A stretch of DNA of 64,000 nucleotides from an uncultured Chroococcidiopsis sp. Its GTDB lineage: Bacteria > Cyanobacteriota > Cyanobacteriia > Cyanobacteriales > Chroococcidiopsidaceae. The notes beneath the pieces are model-generated. The model did no database searches. It had not been told where the DNA came from and was given only the letters and a program-made list of their open reading frames with translations. Location of the stretch: assembly GCA_964248365.1 (NCBI GenBank), contig CAXTYC010000004.1, forward strand, positions 192,001-256,000. Reading direction: 5' to 3'. The translations under genes were made by a program, and so were the position numbers. Each line of letters starts with the position of its first letter. Position 1 is the stretch's first letter. Below, one piece after another: positions 30,388-40,679 of the stretch.

Positions 30388-31602
30388 GTGAAAGAGGCTA
30401 ATATTACTACTCAACTTTGGGCGGATGGAATTTACCGCCAACTAATATCTGTTGCTGATATTTTAGAACGTGCTACAGAAATTGCTAACTACTGTGCAAC
30501 CAATGCCGCAGCCGTCGATTACAATGGGGCTTTTCCTGCCAAAGAGTTTGAGCTAATTGCCTCTTCTGGATTGTTAGCAGCACCTTTGCAACCCAAATAT
30601 GGCGGACTAGGCATGGGTATTGATGCAGGTGTCACTTGGGAACTGTTACTATTGCTCAAGCAGCTAGGGAGGGGTAATCTTGCTGTTGGTCGCATTTATG
30701 AGGGACACGTCAATGCCCTGCAATTGATTCAGACTTTTGGGACAAAAGAACAGATAGAGCGATTAGCTCTTGATGCTTGTCGCCACAAAATTTTTGGAGT
30801 TTGGAACGCCGAAGCCGCTGATGGAGTGAAAATTATTCCCCTGGATAACGGGCGATATCGGCTAGTTGGTTCTAAAACCTTTGCTTCTGGATCGGGTTAC
30901 GTAGAACGTCCCTTTGTGAATGGAGAATTGCCCGATGGCACTTGGCAAATGTGTATAGTGCCAATGGATGAGGTAGCTACAATTAGCGATCCTGCATGGT
31001 GGCAACCTTCTGGAATGCGGGCAACGGCAAGTTACAAGGTAGATTTTAGCGGTGTGGAACTCGAAGCCTTATGGTTAATTGGTAAGCCTGGTGACTATTT
31101 TAGGCAACCTTGGCTGAGTGCAGGAGTAATTCGCTTTGCCGCAGTGCAACTCGGTGGGGCGGAGGCGTTATTCGACGCTACTCGTCAGTATCTTCAGGAA
31201 TTGGGCAGAATTAACGATCCTCACCAGCAAGCACGTTTAGGCAAGATGGCGATCGCAATTGAAAGCGGTAATCTGTGGCTGGGAGGGGCAGCCCAAAAAG
31301 TCAAAGCGATCGCCCCTATCTTCGGGGGTTATCCCACTTTGCCCAACCACCAAGCAGATAAGCTGGTTGCCTATGCCAATATGGTACGAACTGTCATTGA
31401 GCAAATCTGCATGGATGTCATACAACTATGCCAACGCTCAGTCGGTACGAGGGGCTTGCTACCACCTCATCCGATGGAACGAATCATCAGAGATTTATCG
31501 TTGTATCTCCGCCAACCCGTCTTTGATTTAGCCTTGACAAATGTCGGGCAGTATGCTCTGTCAGATTCAACCTGTGCTAGTTCGCTGTGGTCATATGAAT
31601 AG
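30388..31602 (+). CDS. Acyl-CoA dehydrogenase-like flavoprotein
   Basis: FPAKEF..., GRIYEGHVNAL, GSKTFASG, GMRATAS, MERIIRDLSLYLRQP. Confidence 0.82.
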   Translation: MKEANITTQLWADGIYRQLISVADILERATEIANYCATNAAAVDYNGAFPAKEFELIASSGLLAAPLQPKYGGLGMGIDAGVTWELLLLLKQLGRGNLAVGRIYEGHVNALQLIQTFGTKEQIERLALDACRHKIFGVWNAEAADGVKIIPLDNGRYRLVGSKTFASGSGYVERPFVNGELPDGTWQMCIVPMDEVATISDPAWWQPSGMRATASYKVDFSGVELEALWLIGKPGDYFRQPWLSAGVIRFAAVQLGGAEALFDATRQYLQELGRINDPHQQARLGKMAIAIESGNLWLGGAAQKVKAIAPIFGGYPTLPNHQADKLVAYANMVRTVIEQICMDVIQLCQRSVGTRGLLPPHPMERIIRDLSLYLRQPVFDLALTNVGQYALSDSTCASSLWSYE

Positions 31603-32329
31603 CCAGGTAATGAATCAGTCACCGCTCGTTAATCCAACAGTTTTACCGTTACTTCCCCCGTGTGCGGTTGCTACAGATAATGTGCTTGTCGTCGCACCGC
31701 ATCCAGATGACGAAACTTTGGGTTGTGGTGGAGCGATCGCGCTTTTACGCTCTTTGGGTTGCAAAGTGCAGGTACTGGTAATTAGTGATGGTACACTGTC
31801 TCATCCCCACTCTCGCAAGTATCCTGCGCCTGCATTACGGGCATTGCGGGAATCAGAAACCCTAGCAGCAATGTCATTGCTTGGGGTTGACGCAAGTGAT
31901 GTTACCTTTTTAGGGTTGCCAGATGGAGCCATCCCAACGCAGGCATCTGCCCAGCTAAAAGATGCAGTTGCCAAGTGTCGTCCCAATACTATCTTTTTAC
32001 CTGTGCGGTATGACCCCCATCCAGACCATCGCGCTACCTGGGAATTGATACACGCTGCCCTAGTAGATCTACTACTATCACCACGAATTATTGAATATCC
32101 GATCTGGGATTGGGACACGAAGCAACGGGGGAACTTACCAGAACCGGATAGGGTACGAGCTTGGCGACTCGATATTAGTCAAGTTGTGGAGTTAAAGCAA
32201 CAAGCGATCGCGGCTTACCGTTCTCAAACAACCGACTTAATTGACGACGATCCAGAAGGCTTTCGGCTCACACCAGAAATGCTGGCAAATTTCACCCGTC
32301 CTTGGGAAGTTTATCTAGAAGCACAATAA
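31595..32329 (+). CDS. PIG-L/LmbE family N-acetylglucosaminyl deacetylase
   Basis: APHPDDETLGCGG, R..E, DPHPDH, K..AIAAYRSQ; ATG overlaps the end of the upstream gene. Confidence 0.9.
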   Translation: MNSQVMNQSPLVNPTVLPLLPPCAVATDNVLVVAPHPDDETLGCGGAIALLRSLGCKVQVLVISDGTLSHPHSRKYPAPALRALRESETLAAMSLLGVDASDVTFLGLPDGAIPTQASAQLKDAVAKCRPNTIFLPVRYDPHPDHRATWELIHAALVDLLLSPRIIEYPIWDWDTKQRGNLPEPDRVRAWRLDISQVVELKQQAIAAYRSQTTDLIDDDPEGFRLTPEMLANFTRPWEVYLEAQ

Positions 32330-32371
32330 TCAATGATCAATTATCAATTATCAATTATCAATTGATGAACC

Positions 32372-32425
32372 GTAGGGTGGGCAATGCCCACCATTACTAG
32401 ATTTGGTGGGCATTGCCCACCCTAC
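32372..32425. repeat. REP doublet (REPIN-like) of GTAG-type palindromes
   Basis: GTAGGGTGGGCAATGCCCACCA...TGGTGGGCATTGCCCACCCTAC; related copies near 20470-20516, 34784-34800 and 39711-39759. Confidence 0.8.
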
Positions 32426-32466
32426 TAGATCTGACAAAATCTAAAATCTAAAATCTAAAATCTAAA

Positions 32467-33054
32467 ATGGCATCCCAAAAACCATCTTTACCAGCAAGCT
32501 ATTTTGACGAGCTTTACAACGCCGATCCCGATCCCTGGAAGTTTGAAACCAGCGAATACGAAGCTTCCAAATATGCTGCTACAATCTCCGCCTTACCCAA
32601 AGAACGATATAAATCTGCTTTTGAAATTGGCTGTTCGATTGGTGTACTAACTCAAAAATTAGCCAGTCGCTGCGATTCTCTTTTATCGATAGATGTCTCT
32701 GAACCAGCACTAGAAAAAGCACTTGGGCGCTGTCAGTCTTTGTCTCAAGTACGCTTTGAATTGATGAGCGTACCACAAAAGTATCCAAAACAGATGTTCG
32801 ACCTAACTCTAGTTTCCGAAGTAGGTTATTACTGGTGTTGGGAAGATTTAAGAAAAGCACAACAACTGATGCTCGATCATCTAGAACCAGGAGGACATCT
32901 GCTACTAGTTCATTGGACACTCTACGCCAAGGATTACCCCTTGAGTGGTGATGAGGTACATGATTCGTTTTTTGAACTAGTTCCCACCCAACTGAGACAT
33001 TTAAAAGCTCAACGCGAGGAACAATATCGACTCGATCTATTTGAGCGGATTTAA
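32467..33054 (+). CDS. NodS-like class I SAM-dependent methyltransferase
   Basis: YFDELY...DPW.FETS.YE..KY, EIGCSIG, SEVGYY, LVHW. Confidence 0.85.
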   Translation: MASQKPSLPASYFDELYNADPDPWKFETSEYEASKYAATISALPKERYKSAFEIGCSIGVLTQKLASRCDSLLSIDVSEPALEKALGRCQSLSQVRFELMSVPQKYPKQMFDLTLVSEVGYYWCWEDLRKAQQLMLDHLEPGGHLLLVHWTLYAKDYPLSGDEVHDSFFELVPTQLRHLKAQREEQYRLDLFERI

Positions 33055-33221
33055 GTAACGTAGGGTGCGTTAGCTTCAAGCGTAACGCACCTAAAAGTGG
33101 ATAAAAATACTTGATTATCCTTCGTTTTGCTTAGCGAAGATCGCACCTACAAAGCACAAGTGGCTCCTTAGCGTCTATGCGCGACACAATCATCCTAAAT
33201 CTGGGCAATAATTGCTAATAC

Positions 33222-34487
33222 TTAAGACACACTGACAAGATTGCGCTGCAAATAATGCTTCAGTTGATAGTGCAAGCCTTTATGCTGTCGCCGCAAGCTA
33301 TCGAGACGCAGACGCAGATCAGCGATCGCCACCTCAATCTTCACTTTTGACCAGCGCCTACACCATATTCCCTCTTCTTGCTGGCGCTGTTCCACCCGTT
33401 CCCACAACAGCCCAAATGTATGAGGTTGTAATAATTCTGACATCAGCCATTGACGGGGTACACCCAAAGCGTTTGCCAAGGGTGCAATGTCTATATAACT
33501 CGGTTGAGAGTCGTTGAGGATGCGCCACCAAAGTACCCTCAGTTGATGACGTGCTTGCAAACGAGTTTCAATCTCAGCCGCAGACTCAACCATAAACGCC
33601 TGATTTTGTCGTCCCATCGCTGACCATTCATTTAGCTGGTTGGCTAAGCCGATGTTTGTTCGTCCTGTTTTTCGTGCTGAGGTAGTCACTCGCACAAGCG
33701 GACTATGGCGAAAACGAGCATTGACGCGAACTAAAGAATGGTAAAACGCCACGTCTTCGGGAGTTCGTACAGCTGGCATACCCCCCGCCTGTTTGTACAT
33801 CTCGGCTGTCACTGCTAGACTGGCTCCATAGTGTTGATAGTGCCGAGGGAAAACATCGTAAGGATCGGCATCAAGATAAGTTTCTAATTCTGCTATCAGG
33901 TAGCGATAACCAACCTCGCGTAAATGGCAAGCTCTGGTGTAGGGATCTAAGGCGGCGCGACCAGCGCGATCTGTTATAATTCTTCCACCTACGGCATCTG
34001 CACCGTTGGCAATTTCGTGTATTGTGGCGGCGATCCAGGTAGGTGCAACCTGCGTATCTCCATCTGTTGAGGCAATTATTCCCTGTGTGCGTCCTAGCAC
34101 CATCAGACGACGATAGGCTTCGTCCATCAAAATTTGTCGCACTCGACCAATATAAGCTTGTGTAGCGGGTAGTGTCTTTTCGACTATATGTAATGTTATA
34201 GGATGCCCCGCAAAACGACGCGCGATCGCCGCACTGTCATCACTACAGTTATTCGCTAGCAAAATAATTTCGTATCTGGTTGGATCGAAAGGCTGTCCTT
34301 GCAAGTCTGTCTGGTGAGAAAGCGCAGCTAGTGTGCTTTCCAAGTTTTCCGCCTCATTCCGCACTGGGACAATTACACACACTTCACAGCGAGGCGAGGG
34401 AGGAGTTTGAACTAACGGTTCGATAAAGACTCTATGTGGCGACTCATTTGTCAAGTCAGCAGCTATCCTCAAGCAATCACTTCCCAT
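33222..34487 (-). CDS. Glycosyltransferase family 2 protein
   Basis: VIVPVRNE, NNCSDDS, STDGD (DxD), GASLAV, ED, VTTSAR. Confidence 0.88.
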   Translation of the reverse strand: MGSDCLRIAADLTNESPHRVFIEPLVQTPPSPRCEVCVIVPVRNEAENLESTLAALSHQTDLQGQPFDPTRYEIILLANNCSDDSAAIARRFAGHPITLHIVEKTLPATQAYIGRVRQILMDEAYRRLMVLGRTQGIIASTDGDTQVAPTWIAATIHEIANGADAVGGRIITDRAGRAALDPYTRACHLREVGYRYLIAELETYLDADPYDVFPRHYQHYGASLAVTAEMYKQAGGMPAVRTPEDVAFYHSLVRVNARFRHSPLVRVTTSARKTGRTNIGLANQLNEWSAMGRQNQAFMVESAAEIETRLQARHQLRVLWWRILNDSQPSYIDIAPLANALGVPRQWLMSELLQPHTFGLLWERVEQRQQEEGIWCRRWSKVKIEVAIADLRLRLDSLRRQHKGLHYQLKHYLQRNLVSVS

Positions 34488-35083
34488 AGCATTCCTTTTT
34501 CCATGCCAAAGGAAACTGCCAAAGCGTATTGGGGCTAAACATTTCAGATTCTTAAAATTTCTTTGTTAAATTATTGTGTATCTATCATCACATACTGTAA
34601 ATCTATCTACTGATGGATTTTTTGTAAATTTGTTACTTTAGAAGTCATATTTCACCGAAAAATTTCGGTACTCGAACACTAATAAAACACTCGTAAGTCT
34701 TTCTAGGGTATAGTAAACTGAGATTTTGATTTATCTTAAATAAAGATTATAAAAGTTTTAATTAATACCAGTACTGCTTTTGCGTAGGCATTGCCCACCT
34801 GAAGATATCGTCTTTAGGTCGAAAGGGCGATCGCGCAATTCTTGAGCTTTGCGGTGTAGCTGTGCTTCCCGCAAAACTCGCGTGGCAAATCTAACTTTTA
34901 TTAGATGCAACAAATTTACACTTGCTATTAATCCTTACATATACAACGGGTATAAGCGCTGGTTTATCAGCCCTTAAGTGGTGTCTTGGGTTCAATTTAC
35001 TAGCAATTTTTCCCTAGGGTAGCGATCTTATGCTCAAATATCTACAATACAAACACACAAGCCCAAATAAGAAGGTTTAAATC

Positions 35084-35881
35084 ATGACAAAGCAATCAAT
35101 TGATTATGAAGCTTTAAACGATCAAAAACAATTTTATAATTCCAGGTTTCAAGAAGGATATATGCAAGACTTCTCGGATTTATTTGAGTCTTGTAGATTA
35201 ATAGCCATGAAAGCCATACTAAAGCAAGTGAAAGCAAGTGGTTTCAATCCAAGTACTGCATTAGACTATGGTTGTGGCGAAGGACGTTACATAGAATTAT
35301 TAAATGAGTTTTTTCCGTCAACTACAATTTATGGCAGTGATATATCAGATACAGCCTTACAAATAGCATCTACAAAATATCCATCTGGTAAATATCTTAC
35401 TATGTCAGATGAAACTGTAAATCTTGAAGATAATTATTTTGATTTAATCATCTCGATAGAAGTGCTTGAACACGTTAGAAATGTAGAAAAATCTATTCAA
35501 GAAATCGGGAGATTACTAAAACCTGAAGGAATGGTAATCATCTCTACACCTTGCGCTAACAAATATTCTTTTGAATGGATTCAAAATCGCTTGACAGGTG
35601 GATTACAACCATCCTTTGATGGCTATGGTCGTTTTGCTACAGATGAACCTGCTCATCTGCGAAGACTAAATGATGCACACCTTAAGTCACTATTTTCTCA
35701 AGCTGGCATAGATATTTATAAAGTATATCATCGCGCCCATTTATTCGAGACGCTCGTACCAAAAGGTAGGACATTTAGATTAATGCCAAAAGTTTGTGTA
35801 GGGTTGGGAATGCTCGACTGGTATTTATTTAAACATTTTTCTAATGGCTCAACTATGATTGCTTTGGGGAAAAAAAGGTAG
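35084..35881 (+). CDS. Class I SAM-dependent methyltransferase
   Basis: LDYGCGEG, FDLIISIEVLEHV, LKPEG...STP. Confidence 0.88.
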   Translation: MTKQSIDYEALNDQKQFYNSRFQEGYMQDFSDLFESCRLIAMKAILKQVKASGFNPSTALDYGCGEGRYIELLNEFFPSTTIYGSDISDTALQIASTKYPSGKYLTMSDETVNLEDNYFDLIISIEVLEHVRNVEKSIQEIGRLLKPEGMVIISTPCANKYSFEWIQNRLTGGLQPSFDGYGRFATDEPAHLRRLNDAHLKSLFSQAGIDIYKVYHRAHLFETLVPKGRTFRLMPKVCVGLGMLDWYLFKHFSNGSTMIALGKKR

Positions 35882-36006
35882 GAGCATTTGATGAAACGCC
35901 CCTACAGCTCATTTTTTCACACTAAAGGGTGAGTACCCTTACCCCTATAAATTGCCAGAATTTCTATATAGGGTTCTGGCTTTTTTGGTAGAGAGGGTAA
36001 AAAAAT

Positions 36007-36480
36007 ATGATTCCATCCTGGGTAATAATTGCAGGTGTAACTTTTTTAGTAGCTTTTGGCGGTGTCTTATTTAAGCCGCGCGATCTCAAGTGGGCTGCAA
36101 ATTTAGAACGTCCGAAGTGGTTAACTTTTGAGCCTTTGATCCCAGTAATCTGGACTGTTATTTTTACTTGTGGGGCTGTGTCAGCTTACATAGTTTGGGA
36201 AAATGAGCCAGGTAGCCTCAAAACATGGTTATTGATGGCCTTATACTTAATCTTGGAACTAATTACCGTCTCATATACATCAGTAACGCTAAGATCTCAC
36301 AGTCTCACAATCGGCACAATTATTGGGGCGGCTGGTGCTATTTTAAGCGTATTTCTGACATTCACCGTCTTACCAATTTCTGGTTGGGCAGCAGCTTTAC
36401 TCGTACCTTATGTAATTTGGAGTCCAATTGGTAGTTATACTACTTGGGAAATGATTCGTCTCAATCCAAGTGCAGAGTAA
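36007..36480 (+). CDS. TspO/MBR family tryptophan-rich sensory protein
   Basis: W..L.RP.WLTFE..IP.IWT, LLVPY.IW; five TM helices. Confidence 0.88.
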   Translation: MIPSWVIIAGVTFLVAFGGVLFKPRDLKWAANLERPKWLTFEPLIPVIWTVIFTCGAVSAYIVWENEPGSLKTWLLMALYLILELITVSYTSVTLRSHSLTIGTIIGAAGAILSVFLTFTVLPISGWAAALLVPYVIWSPIGSYTTWEMIRLNPSAE

Positions 36481-36685
36481 AAGAGGGGTTAGGGGCTAGA
36501 AGCAATGATGAATGCTAACGATTAGTGAGTAGCAACACTCATTGACACGCTATGTATTAAAGATCCCAAAAGCTAGAAACCAAAGGAGTAGAGACGTGAA
36601 ATTTCGCGTCTCTACCTTTCAACTAATAGCTAACAGCGCGCCAGCTAGCAGCTAATAGCTAATTACGAATTATAGGTAAAGGGGC

Positions 36686-37147
36686 ATGATTAAATCTTGG
36701 ATGGTGATTGCAGGTGTGACTCTACTGGTGGCGCTTGCTGCTAACATATTTACACCAAGCGATCGCCGCTGGTTTCAACGCCTACGTCGCCCCAATTGGT
36801 TAACATTTGAAGCGGCTATTCCGCTGATCTGGACTGTTGTTTTTATTTGTGGTGCTTGGTCAGCTTATAATGTTTGGAAAAATACTAGATCCTGGTATTT
36901 AATGGGTTTTTACTTACTCCTAGAAATTGTTACTATTGCCTATACACCTGTGATGTTTAGAAGTCGCAGCCTCAAAGTTGGTACAATTATTGGAGGCATC
37001 GGTTTTATTATAAGTATTGCATTAGCACTAACTGTATTACCAATTTCCCAGGTGGCAGCAGCTTTACTTCTGCCTTATTTAATTTGGAGTCCAATTGGTA
37101 CTTACACCACCTGGGAAATGACCAAACTTAATCCCCATGATGTTTAA
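36686..37147 (+). CDS. TspO/MBR family protein, tandem paralog
   Basis: WFQRLRRPNWLTFE..IPLIWT, LLPYLIWSP. Confidence 0.88.
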   Translation: MIKSWMVIAGVTLLVALAANIFTPSDRRWFQRLRRPNWLTFEAAIPLIWTVVFICGAWSAYNVWKNTRSWYLMGFYLLLEIVTIAYTPVMFRSRSLKVGTIIGGIGFIISIALALTVLPISQVAAALLLPYLIWSPIGTYTTWEMTKLNPHDV

Positions 37148-37272
37148 GGAGGGGAAAGTGGTAGTTGGTAGTTGGTATTACCAGTTACCAGTTACCCTTA
37201 TCATGTATAGTTACATAGCAGACAAAATCAGCGCATAATGTTATCAAAGGCAAGCCCTTTTGGGAGTAACCA

Positions 37273-38061
37273 ATGCCGCAAAATAACAAAATTGCAGTTA
37301 AATTTCAGAATGTTTCCTATAGTCAGAACGGGCGATCGCTAGTATCAAATCTCAATTTCACCATCGGGCAAGGAGAAGTGCTAGCCTTACTAGGACGTAG
37401 TGGCAGTGGTAAGACAACGACTATAAAATTAATCAATCGCTTGTTAGTACCCACTCAAGGCGAGGTACTATTTGAGGGAGTTCCTACAAGCAAGTGGGAT
37501 GAAATCAAATTGCGGCGAAAGATCGGCTACGTAATTCAAGAAACTGGCTTATTCCCCCATTTTACAGTTGAGCGTAATGTAGGCTTAATCCCCAGTTTAG
37601 AAGGTTGGCAACCTAGACAAATTAAAACACGGGTATATGAGCTTTTGCAACGAGTTGGTTTAGATCCAGATCTATTCGCCAAACGCTATCCCCGCCAACT
37701 TTCAGGCGGGCAACGGCAACGAGTTGGTGTTGCAAGGGCATTGGCAGCCGATCCACCAGTATTATTGATGGATGAACCCTTTGGCGCACTCGATCCTGTC
37801 ACTCGTCTGGAAATTCAACAGCAGTTTCGACAGTTGCAACAGCAGTTAGGTAAAACTGTAGTCTTTGTAACTCACGACATTCAGGAAGCTTTTATTCTTG
37901 CTTCTAGAATCGGTATGATGCACTCAGGACAATTGGTAGTGCTAGAAACACCAGCCCAATTCTTAAAGTCGCCCCACCCAGAGGTACGGGCTTTTGTTAA
38001 AGGTTTGCCATCTTTCGCAGTATACAATACAGGGGAAGAAAACGGGTGCGGTACAAAATAA
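37273..38061 (+). CDS. Osmoprotectant ABC transporter ATP-binding protein
   Basis: GRSGSGKT, LRRKIGYVIQETGLFPH, LSGGQ, MDEPFGALD. Confidence 0.9.
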   Translation: MPQNNKIAVKFQNVSYSQNGRSLVSNLNFTIGQGEVLALLGRSGSGKTTTIKLINRLLVPTQGEVLFEGVPTSKWDEIKLRRKIGYVIQETGLFPHFTVERNVGLIPSLEGWQPRQIKTRVYELLQRVGLDPDLFAKRYPRQLSGGQRQRVGVARALAADPPVLLMDEPFGALDPVTRLEIQQQFRQLQQQLGKTVVFVTHDIQEAFILASRIGMMHSGQLVVLETPAQFLKSPHPEVRAFVKGLPSFAVYNTGEENGCGTK

Positions 38062-38203
38062 TGATTATGTCACGCATAGACGCGCTAGCGGCTTCTCGCA
38101 GAGTAGACGCTAAGGCGCAGGGTAAAGCGAAGGGGAATTTAGCATCTGAAGGAAGATTTAAGGAAGATCATTGCCATATTGTGCGATCGCCACATAACGG
38201 GCA

Positions 38204-38851
38204 ATGAACTTCAGTGATTTTTTCCTGGTGAAGTATGCCCCAGAAATTCTGCAAGAAACAGGCACTCACTTACTTTTAGTCGGCGTTTCGATTGGGGTTG
38301 CTACTCTTGTCGGTATTCCTTTGGGTATTTTGATCACTCGTCAAGCGCAGTTACGTAAACCAATTTTGGGTATTGCGAATATCCTGCAAACCATTCCCAG
38401 TCTAGCTTTATTTGGTTTTCTGATCTCTGTGCCGCTAATTGGTGGCATTGGGGCGAAAACGGCGATTATTGCCCTAACTCTGTATTCTCTTTTACCAATT
38501 ATTCGCAATACTTATACAGGTATTACGAGTGTTGATCCAGCTATCCGCGAAGCTGCGCGAGGTATGGGTATGACTGATCGACAGCTACTGTTGCAAGTCG
38601 AGATTCCTCTAGCATTGGGTATAATTTTGGCTGGTGTCAGGGTAGCGACGGTAATTGGCATTGGCGTTGCTACCATTGCAGCTGCGATTGGTGCTGGTGG
38701 TTTGGGGGTATTTGTTTTTCGGGGTATTGCAATGGTGAATAACGACTTGATTCTCGCAGGCGCAGTACCCGCAGCAGTATTAGCTATTTTGGCAGATTGG
38801 GCGATCGCACTTACACAACAGCGCCTGACAAGATGGGAGAGGAATAAATGA
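38204..38851 (+). CDS. Osmoprotectant ABC transporter permease
   Basis: QTIPSLAL, EAARGMGMT, IGAGGLG (OpuCB/ProW-like). Confidence 0.9.
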   Translation: MNFSDFFLVKYAPEILQETGTHLLLVGVSIGVATLVGIPLGILITRQAQLRKPILGIANILQTIPSLALFGFLISVPLIGGIGAKTAIIALTLYSLLPIIRNTYTGITSVDPAIREAARGMGMTDRQLLLQVEIPLALGIILAGVRVATVIGIGVATIAAAIGAGGLGVFVFRGIAMVNNDLILAGAVPAAVLAILADWAIALTQQRLTRWERNK

Positions 38852-38882
38852 AAGGATTGATCAAAGGGTGCGATCGCAATCT

Positions 38883-39572
38883 TTACTCCCCATTCAACTC
38901 ATCTGGATTAACTCCCAATTCTCGCAGCTTTCGCAGCAGACGTTCTGCCTTCTCTTGTGCCGCTTCTGCTCTTTCGCGTTCTTGTGCTTCTGCTTCTTCC
39001 CAGCTGAGAACTAATTCCCCTTCACTTGTGAAAAACCGCAATTTTTCTGCCACAACGCCCAAATACAACTGTAATTCGTCACTCCACAGCCATCCCTGCT
39101 CATTTGGAACTATTTGTTCGTAACGGCGGTAATTGAGTTTAAATCCAGCAAATTCTAAGCTGTAGGGATCAAACCAAAAATAATCCGGTGTGCGAAAAAC
39201 ATCTTGATATAAATGTTTTTTCAAGCCTCTATCATTTTTGGCTGTCGAGTCTGAAAGAATCTCCAGAATAAAGTTAGGATACTTGCCATCTTCATTCCAA
39301 ACTACCCAACTTTTACGCTCTTTGCGCTCTGTGTTTAGAACTACGAAAAAATCTGGTCCTCTGACATCTTCTGATTTAAGCTGACGAGTGCTGTAGTAAA
39401 TGCTCAAATTACCCCCAGCAAAAAAGTCCTGTCGATTTTGCCACAAGCGCTCTAAACAGGTTAATAGCAGGATAAGTTGTTTTAAATGGCGGTAAGTTTC
39501 CAAAGGCGGTTCATCACTCAATAAATCGCTGGGTGGAAAAATTGGGGCATCAGGTTGACTGCTTTGTACCAT
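38883..39572 (-). CDS. Uma2 family endonuclease-like protein
   Basis: SDEPPLET..H, GPDFFVV, RKSWVVW, EILSDST, K..LYQ..F; coiled-coil tail. Confidence 0.88.
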   Translation of the reverse strand: MVQSSQPDAPIFPPSDLLSDEPPLETYRHLKQLILLLTCLERLWQNRQDFFAGGNLSIYYSTRQLKSEDVRGPDFFVVLNTERKERKSWVVWNEDGKYPNFILEILSDSTAKNDRGLKKHLYQDVFRTPDYFWFDPYSLEFAGFKLNYRRYEQIVPNEQGWLWSDELQLYLGVVAEKLRFFTSEGELVLSWEEAEAQERERAEAAQEKAERLLRKLRELGVNPDELNGE

Positions 39573-39773
39573 ACTTCATAGTCCAGATTGCAGCATTAGG
39601 TATATAAATGTTGTTTCTAGTCTAAATGAAATCTATTGTATGGGGAAAAATTATACAAAGTCGAAAGTCGAAATTCGGAATTAGAAATTTAAAAAGGTAC
39701 AGAAATGTATGCCACCCATGCCCACCATGATCGGATTTGGTGGGCAATGCCCACCCTACTGTTCACTATATCT

Positions 39774-40679
39774 ATGAAAAGATTTTTTATTTTATGCTTT
39801 CTCACTTTTAGTTTAATTCTAGCGATCGCTAGCTGTAACCCTAACGTTTCATCAAGTGGTGGCGATATTGTTGTCGCCTCGAAAGATTTCACCGAACAAG
39901 ATATTTTGGGCGAACTTTTGGCACAGCAAATTGAATCTACCACACAGTTAAAAGTAGCTCGTCGTCTACACTTAGGCGGTACTTTCGTTTGTCATAAAGC
40001 ACTCACTGGGGGGCAAATCGATGCTTATATTGAGTACACAGGTACAGCTTTTACTACCATTCTCAAACAAAAGCCAATTAGCGATCCAAAAGCTGTTTAC
40101 CAGCAAGTAAAAGCCGCTTATGCAAAGCAATTCGGCTTAGAAGTTACCCCGCCTTTGGGCTTTGAAAATACTTTTGCCATGATTATACGCGGTGAAGATG
40201 CTAGGAAGTTAAATTTACAAACTATGTCCCAAGCTTCCCAATATACACCCCAATGGCAAGCTGGTTTTGGCTATGAGTTTCTCAATCGGGAAGACGGATT
40301 TCCAGGTTTAGCTAAAGCCTACAAATTACACTTTACCCGCCCGCCGCGTGTGATGGATTTAGGATTGATTTATCGAGCTTTAATTGATAAGCAGGTGGAT
40401 TTGGTGGCTGGTAATTCAACCGATGCCCAAATCGCCAGATTAGATTTAGCAATTCTTCAGGATGATAAGCGGTATTTTCCCCCCTATGAAGCCGCACCGA
40501 TTGTCCGTCAAGCTACTTTGAAAAAGTACCCACAATTACGACAGGCGATCGCTTCTCTTGGTGGATTAATTAATCAGCAAGAAATGCGTCGCTTGAATTA
40601 CCAGGTTGAAGGCGAATTGCGTGATATCAAAGAAGTTGTCCGAGAATTTTTGCAATCAAAAAGTTTAGAAAAACGTTAA
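39774..40679 (+). CDS. Glycine betaine/choline ABC substrate-binding lipoprotein (OpuAC/OsmF-like)
   Basis: Lipobox IASC, SKDFTEQ, YIEYTGT, GFENTFA, F..REDG, DDKRYFPPY. Confidence 0.9.
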   Translation: MKRFFILCFLTFSLILAIASCNPNVSSSGGDIVVASKDFTEQDILGELLAQQIESTTQLKVARRLHLGGTFVCHKALTGGQIDAYIEYTGTAFTTILKQKPISDPKAVYQQVKAAYAKQFGLEVTPPLGFENTFAMIIRGEDARKLNLQTMSQASQYTPQWQAGFGYEFLNREDGFPGLAKAYKLHFTRPPRVMDLGLIYRALIDKQVDLVAGNSTDAQIARLDLAILQDDKRYFPPYEAAPIVRQATLKKYPQLRQAIASLGGLINQQEMRRLNYQVEGELRDIKEVVREFLQSKSLEKR

